From the NCBI GenBank assembly GCA_046758965.1, contig JBHIBG010000006.1, forward strand, positions 29,930 to 93,929: DNA of 64,000 nt, in the 5' to 3' direction. The translations under genes and the position numbers were made by a program. This document shows positions 56,645 through 64,000 of this stretch, piece by piece (the stretch's first letter is position 1; each line of letters opens with the position of its first letter). Source of the stretch: Candidatus Methylomirabilia bacterium. Lineage in GTDB: Bacteria > Methylomirabilota > Methylomirabilia > Rokubacteriales > CSP1-6. Under the pieces are notes generated by a model that saw only the letters and a list, made by a program, of their open reading frames with translations, did no database searches and was not told where the DNA came from.

Positions 56645-57574
56645 CTAGACGTGGGGTCGGATCTCGTGGATGAAACGCGTCAGGGTCTGCTCGACCTCGG
56701 CGAGGCTCTTGGGGAGGAGCGCAGGCCCGACGCCGTAGTACGGGCTCAGGATGACGTGGCCGAGGCCGGCCTCCTTGTATCGGCAGAGCGTATCCGCCAG
56801 AAGGGCGGGAGGACCCACCAGCGGCTGGGCCTCCTCCAGGGTGGGAGGCCGGTCCAGAATCGCCAGTGGCATGAGCCCGGCGACTTCGTACCGAACCTCT
56901 CGTCCGGCCTTCCTCCCGCGTTCGCCGAGCTCTGCGATTCTCTCCGCGAGTGCCCGAGGAGTGAACCCACGCCGCGTAGGGGCATGCCAGATAGGGAGCC
57001 AGCCATCTCCGAGCTCCGCCGCTCGCCTGAGCGCCCGGGGGCTGTTGCCGCCGACCCAGAGGGGTGGGCTCGGGCGCTGGACCGGGCGGGGTGCGAACAG
57101 CATTTCGGGGAACTTGAAGCGCGCCCCCGAGAACTTCGGGCGCTCCTCCGTCCAGAGTGTGCGAATGATCCGAAGGGATTCGTCGGTCGCCGCGCCCCGC
57201 TCGGCGAACGGCGCGCCGAGGGCGGCGTATTCTTCGGCCATCCAGCCCACACCGACGCCGACGGTGAGCCGCCCTCCTGAGAGCACATCAAGCGTGACCA
57301 GCTGCTTGGCCAGCACCAGCGGGTTCCGGTACGGGAGGATCAGGACGGCCGTGCCGACGCGAATCCGGCTCGTTTGAGCGGCGACGTACGCCAGGGTCGT
57401 CACCGCCTCGTAGAATTCTGCGCCGAACCGCTCGGCGAACTGCGGCGGATAGACGATGTGGTCTCCGGTCCAAACCGAATCAAAGCCGAGCGCCTCGGCC
57501 TGCCGCGCCAGGGAGATCGTCCCCTCTGCCGAGGAAAGGGGGCCGAAGTGGGGAAGCTGGATGCCGAACTTCAT
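56645..57574 (-). CDS. LLM-class F420-dependent oxidoreductase-like protein
   Basis: GFDSVWTGDH, VLILPYRNP, GVGVGW..EY, WVGGNS. Confidence 0.88.
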   Translation of the reverse strand: MKFGIQLPHFGPLSSAEGTISLARQAEALGFDSVWTGDHIVYPPQFAERFGAEFYEAVTTLAYVAAQTSRIRVGTAVLILPYRNPLVLAKQLVTLDVLSGGRLTVGVGVGWMAEEYAALGAPFAERGAATDESLRIIRTLWTEERPKFSGARFKFPEMLFAPRPVQRPSPPLWVGGNSPRALRRAAELGDGWLPIWHAPTRRGFTPRALAERIAELGERGRKAGREVRYEVAGLMPLAILDRPPTLEEAQPLVGPPALLADTLCRYKEAGLGHVILSPYYGVGPALLPKSLAEVEQTLTRFIHEIRPHV

Positions 57575-58009
57575 CGGATTAGTCGGCCCCCGACAGCGCC
57601 GGGCGCCACCGGTATTCTAACAGGTTGCCGAATCCTCAAACATCCTCATTCGCCCCCGCGGCCGGGCTCTGGGAAGCGCCGGACTCAAGCTAACCATTGG
57701 AAAATTCAGGCGGATTTTGCGAATTGTCCAGAACTTTCCGATCGTAGTCGATCGTGCGGGCGAACCCAGGACAGCACGTACCGCCGCGGTGCTGTCGGAT
57801 TCACCCGAGAGCCTCGCGTACGGGACGCTCTACCGCCTCTCGGCAAAGGGCCTCTGTTGGGTGGGGAGGCTTGGGAGCCGAAGGAGCTACCAGGATGGAT
57901 CGGGGAAAAGCCGGGAGCGATCCCGAGCTAAATCGATTTGCGGGAGCACCGCTGTCAGCATGCTACGCTAGACGAAAGGTGACGGAACCTTGAGAAAGGA
58001 GATTACGGC

Positions 58010-58420
58010 GTGAAAGTATTACAGCGTCGGGCCAGGCCGATTTCTAGTCTCCTTGTATTCGCCTTGATAGCGCTGCAGTTTCCGGTTGGTGTGGCACAAG
58101 CCGCCATGATCAACACGGAGGAGTTTTTAGACGTCTCCGAGAGTCAGCTGGAGCGTGAGCGGGTTCGGGCCTTTCTCGCTCGTGAAGACGTTCGGGCGAA
58201 ACTGGTTTCGCTTGGCATCAGCCCCGACGAAGCGAGAGCACGTGCGGACGCCCTTTCGGACAGGGAAGTGAAACAGCTCGTCGCCCAGCTGGATAAACTA
58301 CCGGCTGGCCAGCAAGTCGTGGGCGTAATCATCGGGGCTATCCTGCTCGTATTTTTCGTCCTCCTGTTCACCGACTTGCTCGGGGTCACCGACGTTTTTC
58401 CGTTTGTGAAGAAGAAGTAA
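58010..58420 (+). CDS. PA2779 family protein
   Basis: Signal peptide AQA/AM, REDVRA.L..LG, ALSD.E, LPAG, C-terminal TM with TDLLGVTDVFPFV; AAGGAG RBS. Confidence 0.85.
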   Translation: MKVLQRRARPISSLLVFALIALQFPVGVAQAAMINTEEFLDVSESQLERERVRAFLAREDVRAKLVSLGISPDEARARADALSDREVKQLVAQLDKLPAGQQVVGVIIGAILLVFFVLLFTDLLGVTDVFPFVKKK

Positions 58421-58442
58421 GGGATGTTGGCGCTTTGACCGT

Positions 58443-59375
58443 ATGTTGAAACGCCCTCCCGCTCCTCTGTTGTTGCTCGTGTTACTCGTTGGCTGTGCCA
58501 CGTCGCAGACAGACCGTTTGATCGCAAGGGGGCTCGGCGCCTTACCACCAAGGATTACATTGCTCCAAGTCCGCTTCCATCCCCAGGAGGCGTATCAGTG
58601 CGGCCCGGCGGCGCTTGCCATGGTTTTGAACTGGGCCGGTGTTTCGATACGGCCGGAGGAGCTTGCCCCGCAGGTATATACCCCAGGCCGCCAGGGGACC
58701 CTGCAGACAGAAATCGTGACTGCATCCCGACGCCATGGCCGGATTGCCTATCCTGTTTCGACGCTCGAAACCCTTCTCAAGGAAGTTGCGGCGGGGCATC
58801 CGGCAATCGTATTGCAGAATCTCGGCCTTTCTTGGTACCCGAGCTGGCATTTCGCGGTTGTCATCGGGTACGACCTGCCGCGTCGAAAGCTCGTGTTGCA
58901 TTCCGGCCTCGAACCCAGGAAGGTCGTTCCAATGCGGCTTTTCGAGCGAACGTGGGCGCGGGGAAAGAACTGGGGTGTGGTTGTCCTTCCGCCCGAAAAA
59001 CTTCCGGACACCGCGGAAGAAAAGGCGTTTCTCCTCGCTGCAGTGGGCTTAGAGAAGGCAGGTCGTTGGGAGGCAGCCGCGCGCGCGTACAGAGCGGCCC
59101 TAACGCGCTGGCCGAAGAGCTACGGAGCGCTCATGGGCTTCGGAAACAGCCTCTATGCGTCGGGGGATCTTCCGGGTGCCGAGAAGGCATTTCGAGCTGC
59201 GACTGTTGCGGATCCGAATGCCGGGGCCGCGTTCAACAACCTCGCCCAAGTCTTGCTGGAAACCGGACGGTCGAAGGAGGCCGTGGCTTTCGCGATGAAA
59301 GCTGTTGAAATCGGAGGGCCTCTAAAGCCAGCCTTTTTGCGCACCCTCGAGCAGATCAGCGGTCAAGAAGAGTAG
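58443..59375 (+). CDS. PA2778 family C39-like cysteine peptidase with TPR repeats, lipoprotein
   Basis: Lipobox LVGC, QCGPAALA, WHFAVVIGYD, FERTW, TPR C-terminus. Confidence 0.88.
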   Translation: MLKRPPAPLLLLVLLVGCATSQTDRLIARGLGALPPRITLLQVRFHPQEAYQCGPAALAMVLNWAGVSIRPEELAPQVYTPGRQGTLQTEIVTASRRHGRIAYPVSTLETLLKEVAAGHPAIVLQNLGLSWYPSWHFAVVIGYDLPRRKLVLHSGLEPRKVVPMRLFERTWARGKNWGVVVLPPEKLPDTAEEKAFLLAAVGLEKAGRWEAAARAYRAALTRWPKSYGALMGFGNSLYASGDLPGAEKAFRAATVADPNAGAAFNNLAQVLLETGRSKEAVAFAMKAVEIGGPLKPAFLRTLEQISGQEE

Positions 59376-59670
59376 GGAAAAGCCCATGTTAGCCTTCCCG
59401 GCAGACCTTAGGCCTGAGGGAGGTACGTGGCGTGGTTTGCGCTCGGGCGCGCCCAGCACGCCCTGAAACCAAGCGACAGGCAGGAATATGTCAGATTGGC
59501 AGACTACTTGCGGATTGGCAGACTATTTTTGCCAGCCAGGTCCGATACCCATAGCATCGCCAGGGGGCGGGGCTTGATCCGGGAAAGGGTAAGTTCGCGG
59601 CAAGGGCTGGCAGACGTCAGCGTGTAGGCTTGCCGGGGAGAGCTTCTTGAGGCTTGACTGTTACTGGTAA

Positions 59671-59756
59671 TGGTGCGAGAGGGGGGAGTTGAACCCCCAA
59701 GGGTGTTACCCACTGGATCCTAAGTCCAGCGCGTCTGCCAGTTCCGCCACTCTCGC
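59671..59756 (-). tRNA. tRNA-Leu (anticodon TAG)
   Basis: Acceptor GCGAGAG/CTCTCGC-ACCA, D arm TGGCGGAACTGGCAGACGC, anticodon arm CTGGA-CTTAGGA-TCCAG, long variable arm, GGTTCAACTCC T arm. Confidence 0.97.
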
Positions 59757-60406
59757 GCGTTCAGACCTCGAATACCACTTCAACCTTCACCAGTCTGGAA
59801 CTTTCCACGGTTCTGTCCTTCACGTCCACCACGCCAGGACAGTATAGCACCCGCTTGTACGCCTGTGTGCGGCGCCGCGAGCGGCCCGCCGCCCCAGCGT
59901 TGCCGGTCTGGCCGGGTGGGGAACCAGATGTCCTGGCGCTCCATTTGCCGCCCGCGTGAGACCGAGGAACGCGCACACGCGCACTGGTTAACGCAGGTGA
60001 TCACTGAAGCGCAGCTGCGGGGACTCTCCCCGCCGCCCCATGGGGGACCCGCCTTGATTTTTTCTTTGGGAATGAGAAGCTGAACATCAACAATCACATT
60101 AGGGAATGCCGTCCAAGCCATTTACACACAGTGACATAGCTGACTAGTAATAGAGCAAAAACGTGTTCTATTTTGTCTCTACCGCCGGCTGGATTGACTC
60201 CCGACGGCCAGTAGGTGTTACGGAGCGCTTCCCCAGCAGAGAAGGGATCGTCACCGCAGGAAAAGGGAACGCGAATTGCACTGCAGCCGGTTATGAATGG
60301 CCTCCCGAAACGAAGAGCCAAGAAGAAGGATCGGCTGGCGGGTCAAGTCTACGCCGACAGGGATAGCCCACCTCGCCCTGCAGAGCTGCCAAAGGAGACC
60401 CGGCTA

Positions 60407-61993
60407 ATGCAGCCACCGCTCGTTCGCGAAGCAACGGAATTCGACCTCCCGGGGCTCCAGGCCCTCGCCGGCGTCCCCGCGCTCACCCGACTCCGGCGCC
60501 TGGCCCGGAGGCTTCACCTGGCCTTCCACGGCCGCACTGGCCAGACCACGGTCTGGCACATCAACTCCTCCGCCGCGGGAGGCGGCGTCGCTGACATCCT
60601 GAGCTTTCTGGTCCCCTTCTCCACCGAGGTCGGCGTGGCAACCAGGTGGCTGGTCATCGGCGGGGACGAGGGCTTCTTTCAAACCACCAAGGCCTTCCAC
60701 AACGCGCTTCAGGGCAACCCGGGGGTCGAGATCACGGAGCAGATGCTAGCCCACTACCAGCGCATTGTCACCGCCAATGCGCAGACGCTCGAGGAGCTCA
60801 TCAGGCAGCAGGAATGGAGCCCGCCCGATGTGATCGTCTTCCACGATCCCCAGCCCGCGGGGCTCATCGCCCACTGGCGGGCCAGGTTTCCCGACGCGCT
60901 CTTTGTCTGGCGCGGGCATGTGCAGTTCGACGTCCCGGCCATGACCGCCGCCTCCCATCCCGGCCGCAGGGTCTGGGAGCTGCTGCTCGGATACGTCAAT
61001 CAGTGCGACGCGGCCATCTTCCATCTCCCGGAGCAGGTGCCTCCGGGGGTGACCGTCCCAATCCGCTGCTTCCTCCCCTCCATCAATCCGTCAGGCTACC
61101 TCAACCGGGACCTGACCGGCCCCGCCGGCCAGCGATTTATCCAGAGCACGTTGGAGAAATACCAGATGGGAGAGCTCCAGGATGGCTCCATCCCGCTGGT
61201 AGCGCAGGTTGGCCGGTTTGATCCGTGGAAGGATCCTCTGGGAGTCATTCAGGCCTACCAGGAAGCCTTGGAGCGCACGTCGCGAAACGGCAAGTCGCCC
61301 CATCTCCTCCTGGCCGGTCCGCTGGCCGAGGACGACCCCGAGGCCTGGAGGATTCTGGCCCAGATTCACCAGGCGGTCAACGGAAACGGGCAGGTACACA
61401 TCCTGCCCCTCTCTCCCAAACAGATAGCCCCGACGCCAGAGCAGGTAGAGGCCCTAGGCGCACTGGGGATGGACCCCCGGCTGCTGCGACCAGAGCATCT
61501 TGTGGACCTGGAGCTCAACGCGTTTCAGACCCGTGCGGACGTCATCATCGCCAAATCCATCCGGGAGGGGTTCGGCCTGGCCGTCACCGGGGCCGGGTAT
61601 CACGGAAAGCCAAGGATCGTCAGCCAGGTCGGCGGGCTCCCGGTCCAGGTGATCGATGGGCAGGGACGGGTGCATGCCTGCCTGGTGGGGGGGACCCCAC
61701 ACTTCACTCGCGAGGCGTCGATCAGCATGACCCGCGACTGCCTGATCGAGCTGCTTTCCTCTCCCCGGCTACGGACATCGATGGGAACCGGAGCCAGACG
61801 GCACGTCATCCGCGCCTTTCTCCCGCACCGCCACCTGGAAGACTACTTCGCGCTCTTCCTGGAGCTCCGCTCCCACCATGCTGAGGTGGCGGGCACGAAT
61901 GGTCGGCCTCGGCAGTTCGGCCGGGCTGCTCCTCCGCAGATTGCGGGGATCCCCGAACCGCCGACGACATCGGCCACCCCAGCCAGCCGCTAG
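60407..61993 (+). CDS. TreT-like GT4 glycosyltransferase (trehalose synthase family)
   Basis: HINSS..GGGVA, FF.TTK.FHNALQG, HDPQP, RFDPWKD, DDPE, KSIREGFGL; AAGGAG RBS. Confidence 0.85.
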   Translation: MQPPLVREATEFDLPGLQALAGVPALTRLRRLARRLHLAFHGRTGQTTVWHINSSAAGGGVADILSFLVPFSTEVGVATRWLVIGGDEGFFQTTKAFHNALQGNPGVEITEQMLAHYQRIVTANAQTLEELIRQQEWSPPDVIVFHDPQPAGLIAHWRARFPDALFVWRGHVQFDVPAMTAASHPGRRVWELLLGYVNQCDAAIFHLPEQVPPGVTVPIRCFLPSINPSGYLNRDLTGPAGQRFIQSTLEKYQMGELQDGSIPLVAQVGRFDPWKDPLGVIQAYQEALERTSRNGKSPHLLLAGPLAEDDPEAWRILAQIHQAVNGNGQVHILPLSPKQIAPTPEQVEALGALGMDPRLLRPEHLVDLELNAFQTRADVIIAKSIREGFGLAVTGAGYHGKPRIVSQVGGLPVQVIDGQGRVHACLVGGTPHFTREASISMTRDCLIELLSSPRLRTSMGTGARRHVIRAFLPHRHLEDYFALFLELRSHHAEVAGTNGRPRQFGRAAPPQIAGIPEPPTTSATPASR

Positions 61994-63940
61994 CCTGAAG
62001 TTCCCGCCCGCATTGTAGTACCAAGCCGGAAGAATCGTCGGTAAATCGGCAGGTTGCGCCAGGGGTGCCGATGGCGGTATGTTGACATGTATATTACCGA
62101 TTCAGAGCGATTTTTAGCTTGACATGTCTGCCGTATGTTGAATACCGTGTTGGCATGTACATCGCCACCGTGCCCAACCGCGGCTCGCCGCCCGCTATCC
62201 TGCTGCGGGAAGGGTACCGCGAGGGACGCAAGGTCAAGAACCGGACCCTGGCCAACCTCACCAAGTGGCCGGGCGAGAAAGTCGACCTCCTGCGTCGACT
62301 GTTGCGGGACGAACCCCTTGCGCCCGCCGACGCGCTGTTTGAGGTGGTCGCCTCCTCGCACCACGGCCACGTGCAGGCCGTCCGCACCACGATGCAGCGC
62401 CTGGGCTTCGACGCCCTCATCGCCTCGCGCCCCTGCCGCGAGCGCGACCTCGTCGTGGCGATGGTCGCCGCCCGGATCCTCGAACCTGACAGCAAGTTGG
62501 CCACGACGCGCTGGTGGCACACCACCACGCTGCCGGCGGACCTGGGGATCAGCGACGCCGACGAGGACGCGCTCTACGAGGCGATGGATTGGCTGCTCGA
62601 GCGCCAGGGGCGGATCGAGCAGAAGCTCGCGGCCCGCCAGCTGCGGGCGGGCGGTCTCGTGCTCTACGATCTCACCTCCAGCTACTTCGAGGGCACCACC
62701 TGTCCCCTGGCCGCCTTCGGTCACAATCGCGATGGCAAGAAGGGGAAGCTCCAGGTCAACTACGGGCTGCTCACGGATGCCCGGGGCTGCCCGGTCGCCG
62801 TCTCCGTGTTCAAGGGCAATACCGGCGAGCCGCCGACGCTGCTGCCGGAGGTCCAGCGGGTGCGGGAGCGGTTTGGGATTGAGCAGCTCGTGATGGTGGG
62901 CGACCGGGGCATGATCTCGCAGACGCAGCTCACCGCGTTGCGGGCGCTCGGCGGCGTGGACTGGATCACCGCCCTCAAGACCGGCGCGATTCGCGAGCTG
63001 CTCGCCGAGGGCCATCTGCAGCTCGGGCTCTTCGACGAGCGCAACCTCTTCGAGCTGACCCACCCCGACTTCCCCGGCGAACGGCTGGTGGCCTGCCGGA
63101 ATCCCGAGCTGGCCAAGCTCCGGGCGCATAAGCGGCAGGCATTGCTGGCCGCCACCGTCAAGGAGCTCGACACAGTGAAGGGGATGGTCGCGCGCGGCCG
63201 CCTCCGCGGGCGCGACGCGATCGGCGTGCGGGTCGGCAAGGTCATCAACAAATACAAGGTCGCCAAGCACTTCCGGCTCGAGATCCAGGACGACCGCTTC
63301 GACTTCCAGATCGACGACCAGCAGGTCGCTGCGGAAGCGGCGCTGGACGGCATCTACGTGATCCGGACCAGCGTGCCGACCGAGCGCCTGGACGCCGCGG
63401 CCGCCGTGCGCGCCTACAAGCGGCTCAGCGACGTGGAGCGCGCCTTCCGCTCGCTCAAGACGATCGACCTCAAGGTGCGACCGATCCGCCACCGGCTGGA
63501 ACAACGGGTGTGCGCCCACATCTTCCTCTGCATGCTGGCCTTCTACGTGGAGTGGCACATGCGCGAGGCGTGGCGGCCGCTGCTGTTTGCCGACGAGGAT
63601 CAGGCGGCCAAGCAGACGCGGGACCCCGTCGCGCCCGCCAAGCGCTCGGCCGCCGCCTTGCGCAAGGTCCACACGAAGGGCTTGGACGACGGGACGCCTG
63701 TCCACAGTTTCCCGACACTCCTCAAGGATCTCAGCCGCATTGTCCGGAACGTCTGCCGTCAACGCGGCGCGGGGCCCGCGGCGCCGACCTTCGAGATCGT
63801 CACCACGCCCACTCCCACCCAGCAACGCGCCTACGATCTGCTGAAGATGATCGCGGTGTAGACAGGGCCCTGCAGGCCGTCGTTCACCTATCTCCACGAA
63901 TCAACGAACAATTCCGCTCGGCCGATGCGGGAACTTCGGG
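61994..63940 (+). mobile_element. IS1634-family insertion sequence
   Basis: 14-bp terminal IRs CCTGAAGTTCCCGC / GCGGGAACTTCGGG (one mismatch); CTAG duplicated at 61990-61993 and 63941-63944. Confidence 0.9.
62155..63861 (+). CDS. IS1634-family DDE transposase
   Basis: MYIATVPNR...LLREGYREG.KVKNRTLANL, YDLTSSYFEG, GDRGM, YK.L..VERAFR.LK. Confidence 0.92.
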   Translation: MYIATVPNRGSPPAILLREGYREGRKVKNRTLANLTKWPGEKVDLLRRLLRDEPLAPADALFEVVASSHHGHVQAVRTTMQRLGFDALIASRPCRERDLVVAMVAARILEPDSKLATTRWWHTTTLPADLGISDADEDALYEAMDWLLERQGRIEQKLAARQLRAGGLVLYDLTSSYFEGTTCPLAAFGHNRDGKKGKLQVNYGLLTDARGCPVAVSVFKGNTGEPPTLLPEVQRVRERFGIEQLVMVGDRGMISQTQLTALRALGGVDWITALKTGAIRELLAEGHLQLGLFDERNLFELTHPDFPGERLVACRNPELAKLRAHKRQALLAATVKELDTVKGMVARGRLRGRDAIGVRVGKVINKYKVAKHFRLEIQDDRFDFQIDDQQVAAEAALDGIYVIRTSVPTERLDAAAAVRAYKRLSDVERAFRSLKTIDLKVRPIRHRLEQRVCAHIFLCMLAFYVEWHMREAWRPLLFADEDQAAKQTRDPVAPAKRSAAALRKVHTKGLDDGTPVHSFPTLLKDLSRIVRNVCRQRGAGPAAPTFEIVTTPTPTQQRAYDLLKMIAV

Positions 63941-64000
63941 CTAGCCCCCCCTGCCGTCAGTCGCCCGCAGGGGCGCGAGCTTTGATCCCCAGAGCCGGCC

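Noticed and set aside
57600..58000. Riboswitch or ncRNA in the LLM/PA2779 divergent gap
   Set aside because: No recognisable conserved motif or convincing stem pattern; an Rfam scan would be needed
51225..59756. Prophage or integrative element at tRNA-Leu
   Set aside because: No integrase or phage genes, and no duplicated tRNA 3' end found by eye
59761..59835. Possible dodecin-like C-terminal remnant (GVVDVKDRTV...VKVEVVFEV*) just upstream of tRNA-Leu
   Set aside because: Resemblance is weak, with no N-terminal half or start; it lies downstream of a TGcTATACT -10 that probably drives the tRNA
61990..63897. 635-aa minus-strand ORF
   Set aside because: Antisense shadow of the IS1634 transposase; no recognisable motifs
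1..64000. CRISPR array, rRNA, sel genes or tRNA-Sec
   Set aside because: No regularly spaced direct repeats, rRNA-like sequence or Sec machinery seen in this window

Overview
GC-rich bacterial chromosomal window. Gene style and repeat motifs suggest Candidatus Rokubacteria/Methylomirabilota; this is an inference, not verified. Housekeeping genes include hisC, tatD, metG, a PSP1-family gene, holB, tmk, an acuC-like deacetylase, moaC, a DEAD-box helicase, tatC, thiD, rsmI, tig-clpP-clpX and tRNA-Leu(TAG). Transport and metabolic blocks include a combined tungstate/molybdate ABC operon next to a short ModE-like regulator, a catabolic cluster (molybdenum hydroxylase large subunit, CoA transferase, LLM oxidoreductase, LarA-like protein), a Liv-type ABC transporter, a citrate synthase-aconitase-PrpF-OYE-MFS operon and a TreT-like glycosyltransferase followed by an intact IS1634-family element. 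Three highlights: (1) a DUF488 gene whose in-frame TGA sits exactly at the conserved Cys of the C-A-E...C-H-R motif and is followed by a SECIS-like hairpin, making it a candidate selenoprotein; (2) an ECF sigma factor paired with a zinc anti-sigma / O6-alkylguanine alkyltransferase / Ada-Zn fusion, with a duplicated promoter motif, a candidate alkylation-sensing sigma switch; (3) a family of hairpin-rich MITE/REP-like elements that, like the IS, sit at CTAG sites, mostly stop codons. No CRISPR array or rRNA was seen.
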